From contig CAVWWD010000008.1 in assembly GCA_963758635.1 (NCBI GenBank), positions 608,001 through 672,000 of the forward strand: a stretch of DNA of 64,000 nt, written 5' to 3'. The notes below the pieces were generated by a model that saw nothing but the letters and a program-made list of their open reading frames with translations, did no database searches and was not told the origin of the DNA. Source of the stretch: an uncultured Candidatus Rokubacteria bacterium. Its GTDB lineage: Bacteria > Methylomirabilota > Methylomirabilia > Rokubacteriales > CSP1-6. Position numbers and translations under genes: made by a program. Shown here one piece after another: positions 52,748 through 64,000 of the stretch (the first letter of the stretch is position 1; the number at the start of each line of letters is the position of its first letter).

Positions 52748-53563
52748 ATGCCGTCCGCGCCGGTCCGGGTCCCTCGCTATCACCAGATCGCCCAGAGCCT
52801 GCGCGAGCGCATCCTCGACCGGAGGCTCGCCGCGGGGGAGCGGCTCGACAACCAGCGCCAGCTCGCGCGCGAGTTCGGCGTGACCCTGATGACGCTCCGG
52901 CAGGCGCTCGAGGTGCTGGAGCGTGATCGGCTCATCGCCCGGCGTCACGGCCTCGGCACCTTCGTCGCGTCCCCGTCGGTGGACTACGACATCCTCCAGT
53001 TCCAGCGCCTCGCCGCCGACCTCTCCGCGCACGGCGAGGCGGTGGGCACCCGGTTCCTCGGCAGCCGCTTCGCGCCCGCCGACCGCCACGCCGCGCAGGC
53101 GCTCGGGCTCAAGCCGCTCCACCGCGTGTTCGTGCTGGAGCGGCTCCGGATCGTCAACGGGCACCCGATGAGCTTCCAGGCCTCGTACCTGCCCGCGGCG
53201 ATCGGCCAGGAGATCGTGAAGGCCGACCTCGCGGTGACGCCGCTGCGCGAGGCGCTCGCCTTCAAGCTGGGGATCGAGGTGACGGCGGCGCGCGAGTCGG
53301 TGTCCGCGGTGACCCTGCCCGGGCGCGCCGCGCGGGAGCTGGGCTGCCGGCCGGGCACGGCGGCGTTCCGCTCCGATCGCGTGTCGACGTCCCGTGACGG
53401 CGCTCCCGTCGTGTACGACCGCGTGTTCATTCCGGGCGACCGGTTCCGCATCACCCGCGAGCTCCACTACGGATCAACGCCCGGCCGCGCCAACGGCGCG
53501 GCCCGGCCCCCGGCCCGCGAGACCGACGCGTCCACTACCTCCAGCGAGGCGACCCGAACATGA
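52748..53563 (+). CDS. GntR (HutC/UTRA) family regulator
   Basis: YHQIA...LAREFGVTLMTLRQAL...GLGTFV plus UTRA-like domain. Confidence 0.9.
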   Translation: MPSAPVRVPRYHQIAQSLRERILDRRLAAGERLDNQRQLAREFGVTLMTLRQALEVLERDRLIARRHGLGTFVASPSVDYDILQFQRLAADLSAHGEAVGTRFLGSRFAPADRHAAQALGLKPLHRVFVLERLRIVNGHPMSFQASYLPAAIGQEIVKADLAVTPLREALAFKLGIEVTAARESVSAVTLPGRAARELGCRPGTAAFRSDRVSTSRDGAPVVYDRVFIPGDRFRITRELHYGSTPGRANGAARPPARETDASTTSSEATRT

Positions 53564-54340
53564 AGATCCTCGTGCTCATCAAGCAGGTTCCCGACACCGC
53601 CACCCAGGTCAAGATCGCGGGCGATCGCCGCTCGATCGAGACCACCGGCATCACGTGGATCGTCTCGCCGTACGACGAGTTCGCGGTGGAGGAGGCCCTC
53701 CGCATCAAGGAGAAGCGCGGCCAGGGTGAGGTCGTCGTGGTGTCGCTCGGTCCCGAGCGCGTGAAGGAGGCCCTCCGCTCCTGCCTCGCCATGGGCGCGG
53801 ACCGCGCCATCCACCTCCTGGACCCCGCGTGGGCCGAGGCCGACACCCTGACCACCTCGCGCGCGCTGGCCGCGGTGATCAAGCAGGAGGCGCCCGCGCT
53901 CGTGCTGAGCGGCCGCCAGGCCATCGACGACGACATGGGCGCGGTGGGCGCGCAGGTCGCGGAGCTGCTGGGCTGGCCGTGCGCGTCGTGGATCATGGAG
54001 GAGGCGGTCAACGACGGCGGCACGGCGATCAAGGTGGGCCGGCAGGTGGAGGGCGGCCTGGAGATCTTCGACCTGCCGCTGCCCGCGCTGGCATCCGCCC
54101 AGAAGGGCATGAACGAGCCGCGCTACCCCACGCTGAAGGGGATCATGGGCGCCAAGAAGAAGGAGATCAAGGAGCTCAAGGCCGGCGGACGTCGGCATGG
54201 CCGCCGAGGCCGCCGCGCTCTCCGTGGTCACGCTCGAGCCGCTGCCTCCGCGCCCGCCCGGGCGGATCATCACGGGCGATCCCGCGGAGTCCGCGCGCGA
54301 GCTGGTGCGCGCGCTCCGCGAGGACGCCAAGGCGATATGA
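53560..54340 (+). CDS. etfB: Electron transfer flavoprotein beta subunit (frameshift near 54185)
   Basis: KQVPDT, DEFAVEEA, GRQAID, NEPRYP. Confidence 0.92.
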
Positions 54341-54344
54341 GCCC

Positions 54345-54428
54345 CGGGGTCGTGAAGGAATGCGGATGTCGACTTCAGCGAGCGGGCTGACACCGCGATT
54401 CTGCGGACACGCGGCGTGCCGTCTCGCA
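54345..54428 (-). repeat. Intergenic repeat family B, inverted copy
   Basis: Reverse complement matches 62377-62460 and 61102-61185. Confidence 0.8.
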
Positions 54429-54483
54429 TGTCATCCAGGATCACGATGCGACGAACTCTCACACCCTCGAGGGGAGACGACTG

Positions 54484-55470
54484 ATGGCGGGCGCGTTCTG
54501 GTGCATCGTCGAGGACGACAGGCAGGGCAATCCGAAGAAGGTCACCGCCGAGGTGCTGGGCGAGGCGAGCCGTCTCGCCGCGCAGGCCGGCGGCCAGGCC
54601 GAGGCGGTCTGGCTCACCGACAAGGCGAGCGAGGAAGGCGTGAAGCAGCTCGGCGAGTGGGGCGCCAAGCGCGTCCTCCTGCTCGAGGGGCCGGCCTACG
54701 CGCCGTACCGCGGCGAGGTGTGGACGCCGGCCCTGGCCGAGCTCGCCGCGAAGGAGTCGCCGAAGGCGATCTTCGGCGCGGTCACCACGCGCCAGCGCGA
54801 GGCCCTGGCGCGGCTGGCCGCGCGCCTGGGCGCCGGGCTCTCGGCGGACTCCGTCGCGCTCGCCCTGGACGGCGACAAGCTCGTGGCCACGCGTCCGGTG
54901 TACGCCGGCAAGCTGCTCGCGAAGATGACCTGGACGAATACGCCGTGGCTCGCCACGCTCAGGCCGAACGTGTTCAAGCCGCTCGACGCGGCGGGCGGCG
55001 CGGCGCAGGTCGACCGGCCGAGCGTCGGGGCCGCGGCCGAGCAGATGAAGCTCGTGGAGCGCCGCGAGGAGGTGTCGACCGGGCTGCCCGAGCTGGCCGA
55101 GGCCGACATCGTGGTGTCCGGCGGGCGCGGCCTCAAGGGGCCGGAGAACTTCTCGTACATGGAGAGCCTCGCCAAGGTCCTGGGCGCCGCCGTGGGCGCC
55201 TCCCGCGCCGCGGTGGACGCGGGCTGGCGGCCGCACCGCTTCCAGATCGGCCAGACCGGGCGGACCATCTCGCCGAAGCTCTACCTGGGCTTCGGCATCT
55301 CCGGCGCCATCCAGCACCTGGCGGGCATGCGGACGTCCAAGGTGATCTGCGCGATCAACAAGGACCCCGAGGCGCCGATCTTCAAGATCGCGGACTACGG
55401 GATCGTCGGCGACCTCTTCGAGGTGGCTCCGGCCCTCGAGGCCGAGTTCAAGAAGCTCCTGGAGAAGTAA
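54484..55470 (+). CDS. etfA: Electron transfer flavoprotein alpha subunit
   Basis: [32 protein letters not shown]. Confidence 0.94.
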   Translation: MAGAFWCIVEDDRQGNPKKVTAEVLGEASRLAAQAGGQAEAVWLTDKASEEGVKQLGEWGAKRVLLLEGPAYAPYRGEVWTPALAELAAKESPKAIFGAVTTRQREALARLAARLGAGLSADSVALALDGDKLVATRPVYAGKLLAKMTWTNTPWLATLRPNVFKPLDAAGGAAQVDRPSVGAAAEQMKLVERREEVSTGLPELAEADIVVSGGRGLKGPENFSYMESLAKVLGAAVGASRAAVDAGWRPHRFQIGQTGRTISPKLYLGFGISGAIQHLAGMRTSKVICAINKDPEAPIFKIADYGIVGDLFEVAPALEAEFKKLLEK

Positions 55471-55634
55471 TGAGATGAAGGGGAACGACCGAACCGCCAC
55501 GCTTGCCGGCAACGGCATGCCCGTGGCGGTGGGGGGGCGTGGGGATGGCTTGGCGAGGCGCAGCCGCTGGCGAGCCGAGCGTACCAGCGATCACTCCGAC
55601 CGGAAGGGAGGAGCGGCGCCGCTCCCCCCACACT

Positions 55635-58455
<2,821 letters not shown>

Positions 58456-58515
58456 CATGCTCGATCAGCCGCGTCCCTGCTGCGGGCGCGGGACGAGACA
58501 GGGAGAGAGACAACG

Positions 58516-59589
58516 ATGGACACGATGAACCCGATCCGGATCACCAGGGCCACGACGCTCAAGAAGAAGCCGAAGGACGGCGAGCTCGGGTTCGGCCAGA
58601 TCTTCACCGACCACATGTTCCTGGCCGACTTCCAGGAGGAGAAGGGCTGGTACGACCCGCGGGTCGAGCCCTACGGCCCCATCCCCATGGACCCCGCCGC
58701 CGCCGTCCTCCACTACGCCCAGGCCGTGTTCGACGGGCTCAAGGCCTTCCGCGGCGTGGACGGCAAGGTGCGGCTCTTCCGGCCGGACAAGCACGTGGAG
58801 CGCATGAACAACTCGGCCCGGCGCCTGTGCATTCCGCCGCTGGACCCCGAGATGGCGCTGGCCTCGATCGTGGCGCTGGTGGGCCTCGACCGCGACTGGG
58901 TGCCGCGCACGGTGGGCACGTCGCTCTACGTCCGGCCCACCGTGATCGCCAACGAGGCCTTCCTGGGCGTGCGGCCGGCCCGGTCGTACATCTACTACGT
59001 GATCCTCTCCCCGGTGGGCGCCTACTATCCGGAGGGCATGGCGCCGGTGAAGATCCGCGTGGAGGAGAAGTACGTGCGCGCGGTCGAGGGCGGCCTCGGC
59101 GCGGCGAAGACGGGGGCCAACTACGCAGCGAGCCTCATGGCCGGCGAGGAGGCCAAGCACAGCGGCTACACCCAGGTGCTCTACCTCGACGGCGTGCACC
59201 GGCGCTACCTCGACGAGGTCGGCACGATGAACATGATGGTGAAGATCGGCGACGAGGTGATCACGCCGCCGCTGTCGGGGACGATCCTCGCCGGCGTCAC
59301 GCGCGACTCGGTGCTCACCCTGCTCCGCGACTGGGGCATCCGGGCGACGGAGCGCCCGATCGGGATCGACGAGGTGGTGGCCGCCCACAAGGGCGGGACG
59401 CTGGCCGAGGCGTGGGGCACGGGCACGGCCGCCGTCATCTCGCCGGTGGGCGAGCTGGCCTACCGCGGCGAGAAGATGGTGATCGGCGGCGGCCAGATCG
59501 GGCCGCTCACCCAGCGCCTGTACGACGCCATCGTGGGCATCCAGTACGGGAAAACGCCCGACCCGCACAACTGGACCGTGGAGGTGTAA
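58516..59589 (+). CDS. ilvE: Branched-chain amino acid aminotransferase
   Basis: FTDHM, LHYAQ, GLKA, AKTGANY, ILAGVTR. Confidence 0.93.
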   Translation: MDTMNPIRITRATTLKKKPKDGELGFGQIFTDHMFLADFQEEKGWYDPRVEPYGPIPMDPAAAVLHYAQAVFDGLKAFRGVDGKVRLFRPDKHVERMNNSARRLCIPPLDPEMALASIVALVGLDRDWVPRTVGTSLYVRPTVIANEAFLGVRPARSYIYYVILSPVGAYYPEGMAPVKIRVEEKYVRAVEGGLGAAKTGANYAASLMAGEEAKHSGYTQVLYLDGVHRRYLDEVGTMNMMVKIGDEVITPPLSGTILAGVTRDSVLTLLRDWGIRATERPIGIDEVVAAHKGGTLAEAWGTGTAAVISPVGELAYRGEKMVIGGGQIGPLTQRLYDAIVGIQYGKTPDPHNWTVEV

Positions 59590-59664
59590 TGATCCTCGCA
59601 GAATGCGGTAACCGCCACGGGCCACTACAGTCCCACCGCTCGGCATTGTCTGATGCGCGGGGCT
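59588..59664 (-). repeat. Intergenic repeat family A, copy 3 (inverted)
   Basis: Reverse complement matches 42023-42103. Confidence 0.85.
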
Positions 59665-59684
59665 GACGAGCGAGGAGGAGCGGC

Positions 59685-60095
59685 ATGGACTGCGTCTTCT
59701 GCAAGATCCGGGACGGCCAGATCCCGTCCTTCAAGATCCACGAGGACGAGCGCACCCTCACGTTCATGGACATCAACCCGCTGAACTCCGGGCACTGCCT
59801 GGTCGCCACCAAGGCGCACGCCGCGACCATCTTCGAGGCCGACGTCGAGGACCTGCAGGCGTGCATCGCCACCGCCAAGAAGGTGGCGGCGGTGATCCAG
59901 CACGGGCTCAAGCCCGACGGGTTGAACCTGCTCCAGGCCAACGGCGCCGCCGCGTTCCAGTCCGTGCCGCACTTCCACCTGCATCTGATCCCGCGGTGGA
60001 ACGGCGACGGCAAGGGGTTCGACTGGAAGCAGGTGCCGGGCAACCGGGATCAGATCATGAAGACGGGCGAGCGGCTCCGGAACCTGCTGAAATAG
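59685..60095 (+). CDS. HIT family protein
   Basis: [17 protein letters not shown]. Confidence 0.93.
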   Translation: MDCVFCKIRDGQIPSFKIHEDERTLTFMDINPLNSGHCLVATKAHAATIFEADVEDLQACIATAKKVAAVIQHGLKPDGLNLLQANGAAAFQSVPHFHLHLIPRWNGDGKGFDWKQVPGNRDQIMKTGERLRNLLK

Positions 60096-60265
60096 ACCGC
60101 CCGGCCGTTGGAGCGGGCCGGCTGCGCCGGCCGCTCAACGGCCTTGCTGGTGGGCGGATGGGGCGTCTCGTCGTGCGGGGGTGGCCCCGTTGCTCGACTG
60201 GCGTGGGGAGTGGGGAATGGCGAGGAGGGGTGTGCGTGGCTGATGAGTCGCCGGATGCCCAGGGC

Positions 60266-60685
60266 ATGAGCGCCGGAGCGGAGTCGCTTCGGAAGATTCG
60301 CGTCGTGGTGGCCAAGCCCGGCCTCGACGGGCACGACCGGGGCGCCAAGATCGTGGCGCGCGCGCTCCGGGACGCCGGCTTCGAGGTGATCTACACGGGG
60401 CTGCACCAGACGCCCGAGCAGATCGTGGCCATCGCCATCCAGGAGGACGTGGACGCCATCGGGCTCAGCGTGCTCTCGGGCGCGCACAACTTCCTGTTCG
60501 CGCGCGTGCTCGAGCTGCTGCGGGACAAGGGCGCCTCGGACATCGCGGTCTTCGGCGGGGGCATCATCCCGCAGGACGATATCGCGTCGCTCAAGGCCCT
60601 GGGGGTGAAGGAGCTGTTCACGCCGGGCACGTCCACGCAGGAGATCGTCCGCTTCGTCAGGGAGAACATCCGCGCCGCCGTCTGA
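60266..60685 (+). CDS. Cobalamin-binding small subunit of an acyl-CoA mutase
   Basis: [22 protein letters not shown]. Confidence 0.92.
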   Translation: MSAGAESLRKIRVVVAKPGLDGHDRGAKIVARALRDAGFEVIYTGLHQTPEQIVAIAIQEDVDAIGLSVLSGAHNFLFARVLELLRDKGASDIAVFGGGIIPQDDIASLKALGVKELFTPGTSTQEIVRFVRENIRAAV

Positions 60686-60756
60686 CCGCGGGCCGGTCGG
60701 CGACGCCGGCGCGGGGAAACGGGGACCCATCATGGCAGAGCGCAACACCCGAGGAG

Positions 60757-60990
60757 ATGGCGGCGGAGCTCGCGCGCCTCACGGCGGAGAACGCGGCCCT
60801 GAAGGCGCGGGGCAGCCGCGGCGTGTCCCTCCGCGTGAGCGAGAAGGGCGGCGTGTCCGTCTACGGCCTGGGCCGCTTCCCCGTCACCCTCTACAAGGAG
60901 CAGTGGCTCAAGCTCCTCGACATGGCGGAGGACATCCGCGGCTTCATCCGCGAGCACGACGCCGAGCTCAAGGCCAAGGAGCCCCGCTGA
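60757..60990 (+). CDS. Small hypothetical protein (true start possibly 60732 with an indel)
   Basis: Coiled-coil-like start then VSEKGGVSVYGLGRFPVTLYKEQW. Confidence 0.75.
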   Translation: MAAELARLTAENAALKARGSRGVSLRVSEKGGVSVYGLGRFPVTLYKEQWLKLLDMAEDIRGFIREHDAELKAKEPR

Positions 60991-61002
60991 GGGGTTGTGA
61001 GC

Positions 61003-61185
61003 GAATGGCGAGACTGCACTGCGTGTGTACGCGGAGCCGCGGTGTTGCCCCGCATGGCGAAGTCGAAGGCTGCGCTCCGTCGAAAGTGAGGCTATGAGTT
61101 TGAAGGGCGAGGCGGCCACGCGTGTGTACGCAGAACCGCGGTGTTGACACGCTCGGCGAAGTCGAAATCCGCATGTCTTCACAAC
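61003..61185 (+). repeat. Intergenic repeat family B, two tandem copies (61003-61068, 61102-61185)
   Basis: GGCGAG..GCGTGTGTACGC.GA.CCGCGGTGTTG..GGCGAAGTCGAA occurs twice. Confidence 0.82.
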
Positions 61186-61192
61186 TGATGCC

Positions 61193-62338
61193 ATGAACTT
61201 CGAGCTGACGCCCGAGCAGCGGAGCGTGCGGGCGCTGGCCCGGGAGTTCGCCGAGCGCGAGGTGGCGCCGGTGATCCGGCGCTACGACGAGGCCCACGAG
61301 TTCCCCCACGAGATCCTCGCCCGGCTCGCCGGCACCGGCCTCCTCGGCGCCCTCGTGCCCGAGGAGTACGGCGGCGCCCACCTCGACTACGTGTCCTACG
61401 CGCTCGCCGTCGAGGAGCTGAACCGCGTGGACGGCTCGGTGGGCATCACCATGTGGGCCCACAACTCGCTCTGCACCAACCACATCGCCATGTTCGGCTC
61501 GCCCGAGCAGAAGCAGGCGTACCTGCCGCGCCTCGCCCGCGGCGAGACGCTCGGGGCGTGGGGGCTCACCGAGCCGGGCTCGGGCTCGGACGCGGCGGCG
61601 ATGACGTCGCGGGCCGTGGCCCAGGGCGACCACTTCGTGCTGAACGGCACCAAGGCGTTCATCACCAACGCCGGCGTGGGCGGGGTCGCCGTGGTCATGG
61701 CCGTCACCGACCCCGCGCGCGGGCCGCGCGGCATCTCGGCCTTCATCCTGGACAAGGGCATGCCGGGCTTCAGCGCGGGCACGCCCTACCGGAAGCTCGG
61801 CCTGCACGCCTCGAACACCGCCGAGCTCGTCTTCGACGGCGTCCAGGTGCCGGCGAGCCGGCTCTGCGGGGGCCTCAACGAGGGGTTCGTGCAGAGCATG
61901 CAGGTGCTGGAGGGCGGGCGCATCGCCATGGCCGCGATGGGCGTGGGCCTCGCCCAGGGCGCGCTGGACCAGGCGCTCGCCTACATGAAGCAGCGGAGCG
62001 CGTTCGGTCGCCCCCTGGCCGACTTCAACGGGCTCCAGGGCATGATCGCGGAGATCGGCACCGAGGTGGAGGCGGCGCGGCTCCTCACGCTGCGCGCGGC
62101 CGCGCTCAAGGACGCCGGCCGTCCCGTGCGCCTGGCCGCGTCGATGGCCAAGGTGTTCGCCTCCGAGGTGGCCATGAAGGCGGCGACGAAGTCGCTCCAG
62201 ATCCACGGCGGCGCCGGCTACATCACCGAGTTCCCCATCGAGCGCATCTTCCGCGACGCCAAGCTCACCGAGATCGGCGAGGGCACCTCGGAGATCCAGC
62301 GCATGGTCATCGCGCGCGAGATCCTCCAGCTCCGCTGA
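61193..62338 (+). CDS. Acyl-CoA dehydrogenase
   Basis: LTEPGSGSD, KAFITN, EIGEGTSEIQR. Confidence 0.93.
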   Translation: MNFELTPEQRSVRALAREFAEREVAPVIRRYDEAHEFPHEILARLAGTGLLGALVPEEYGGAHLDYVSYALAVEELNRVDGSVGITMWAHNSLCTNHIAMFGSPEQKQAYLPRLARGETLGAWGLTEPGSGSDAAAMTSRAVAQGDHFVLNGTKAFITNAGVGGVAVVMAVTDPARGPRGISAFILDKGMPGFSAGTPYRKLGLHASNTAELVFDGVQVPASRLCGGLNEGFVQSMQVLEGGRIAMAAMGVGLAQGALDQALAYMKQRSAFGRPLADFNGLQGMIAEIGTEVEAARLLTLRAAALKDAGRPVRLAASMAKVFASEVAMKAATKSLQIHGGAGYITEFPIERIFRDAKLTEIGEGTSEIQRMVIAREILQLR

Positions 62339-62376
62339 TCGCACCCCCGCGAAGGCGATCCCGAGAAGGGATTAAT

Positions 62377-62460
62377 GAATGGCGAGACGGCACTCCGCGT
62401 GTACGCAGAACCGCGATGTTGGCCCGCTCGCCGACGTCAGATCCTCATTCCTTCACAACC
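62377..62460 (+). repeat. Intergenic repeat family B copy
   Basis: Matches 61102-61185. Confidence 0.8.
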
Positions 62461-62477
62461 CGGACGGGCAGGCACCC

Positions 62478-63300
62478 ATGAGCGAGCCGAGCGTCCTCTA
62501 CCAGGTGGCGGAGGGGGTGGCGACCCTCACGCTGAACCGGCCGCACGTGCTGAACGCGCTCGACGTCGCGCTCGCCGCCCAGCTCGCGGAGGCGGCGGAG
62601 GCGGCGGCCGCCGACCCGGGGGTGTGGGTCGTGGTGGTCCGCGGGGCGGGCCGCGCCTTCTCCTCGGGCATGGACCGGAAAGCCCTGGCCGCGGGGAGGA
62701 TCGACGAGCCGTTCTACCGGCACTGGATCCGCGCGCTGAACACGCTCGAGGACATGGGCAAGCTGTCGGTCGCCGTGCTCCACGGCTATTCCATCGGCGG
62801 CGGCCTCCAGCTCGCGGTGGCCTGCGACGTCCGGATCGCCACGACCGACGCCGTGATCGGGCTGGGCGCCACGCGGCACGCCTTGATCCCCGACGGCTCC
62901 ATCCTCCGCCTGGCCCGCATCGTCGGCCTCGGGCGCGCCAAGGAGCTGACGCTCCTGAACGACCACATCACGGCCGCGGAGGCCCGGGCCATGGGCCTCG
63001 TGAACTGGGTCGCCGCGCCCGACGCGGTCGACACCGTCCTCGCCGGCGTGGTCGACAAGGCCTGCCACGCGTCCCGGACGGCCACCGCCCACGCCAAGCG
63101 GCTCCTCCACGCCTCGTTCCACACCGATCCCCGGGACCTGATCGAGGACGTCATGCGGGCGCAGGACGAGTGCATGCGCTCCGACGAGATGGCGGTGGCC
63201 AACCGCGCGTGGGTCGAGCGTCGCGAGGCGCGGTTCTACCCGCCGCCCATCGTGCCGGATCGACCGCGCTGGCCGCCGACGCCATGTGTAAGATCGACCG
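62478..63300 (+). CDS. Enoyl-CoA hydratase/isomerase family (3' end uncertain)
   Basis: TLNRP, AFSSGMD, HGYSIGGGLQLAVACD. Confidence 0.85.
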
Positions 63301-63303
63301 CTG

Positions 63304-64000
63304 ATGACCGCCGACACCATCCTCGAGACCCACGAGCTCACCAAGGAGTTCCGGGGCTTCGTCGCCGTGAAGGACGTGAGCCTCCGCGTGCAGCGGGGCA
63401 CCATCCACGCGCTGATCGGGCCGAACGGGGCGGGGAAGACCACCTGCTTCAACCTGCTCACGCACTTCCTGGCGCCGACGCGCGGCCGCATCACCTTCAA
63501 CGGGCGCGACATCACGGGGTCGCGCCCGGCGGACATCGCGCGCCTCGGCCTGGTGCGCTCGTTCCAGATCTCCGCGGTGTTCCCGCATCTGAGCGTGCTC
63601 GCCAACGTCCGCGTGGCGCTCCAGCGCGGGCGCGGGCGGTCGTTCGACTTCTGGCGCTCCGAGCGGGTGCTCGGCGCGCTTCGACGCGCGCGCCCTCGAG
63701 CTGCTGGAGGCGGTGGGCCTCGCCGGCATGGCCGCCGTCCCCGCGGTGGAGCTGCCCTACGGGCGGAAGCGCGCGCTCGAGATCGCCACCACCCTCGCGC
63801 TCGACCCCGAGATGATGCTGCTCGACGAGCCCACCGCGGGCATGAGCCACGAGGACGTGGACCGGATCTCCGCCCTCATCAAGCGCGTGGCCGCCAACCG
63901 GACGGTGCTGATGGTCGAGCACAACCTGAGCGTGGTCGAGCACCTCTCGGACCGCATCACCGTGCTCGCGCGGGGCGAGATCCTCGCCGAGGGCGACTAC
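63304..64000 (+). CDS. LivG-like ABC ATPase (frameshift near 63680; 3'-partial)
   Basis: GPNGAGKT, RSFQ, LLDEP, VEHN. Confidence 0.85.
   Translation, partial: MTADTILETHELTKEFRGFVAVKDVSLRVQRGTIHALIGPNGAGKTTCFNLLTHFLAPTRGRITFNGRDITGSRPADIARLGLVRSFQISAVFPHLSVLANVRVALQRGRGRSFDFWRSERVLGALRRARPRAAGGGGPRRHGRRPRGGAALRAEARARDRHHPRARPRDDAARRAHRGHEPRGRGPDLRPHQARGRQPDGADGRAQPERGRAPLGPHHRARAGRDPRRGRL

Noticed and set aside
60991..61185. Tandem repeats as a mini CRISPR array
   Set aside because: Units are long and degenerate, dispersed elsewhere, lack unique regular spacers, and no cas genes are present

Overview
High-GC bacterial chromosome segment; the gene style suggests Ca. Rokubacteria/Methylomirabilota, but that is inference only. 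Many otherwise ordinary genes carry single-base frameshifts that look like long-read indel errors. Core content: fabD-fabG-acpP-fabF plus a dsRBD-less RNase III, an M50 protease, a GlnA-like ligase, a putative 2-aminoethylphosphonate ABC transporter, Rieske oxygenase and GcvT-family oxidoreductase, apt, trpD, a Liv-type ABC transporter, etfBA, three acyl-CoA dehydrogenases, an isobutyryl-CoA-mutase-type B12 mutase pair, and ilvE. An accessory zone (~20.6-36.9 kb) holds a decayed type III R-M remnant, a SNF2 helicase, and a ~4.3 kb integrated element bounded by a perfect 62-bp direct repeat. That repeat is the 3' end of an AhpD/CMD-family gene whose CxxC is CxxU (in-frame TGA plus SECIS-like hairpin), a probable selenoprotein. 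The element carries a tyrosine-integrase remnant, a PEP-CTERM protein, and NRPS and IS21 fragments; a MerR/CueR-box module follows it. Other highlights: two tandem collagen-repeat OmpA-domain lipoproteins, an ABC ATPase homolog with all catalytic motifs degenerate, three dispersed intergenic repeat families and a MITE-like palindrome. No rRNA, tRNA or CRISPR array was recognised.
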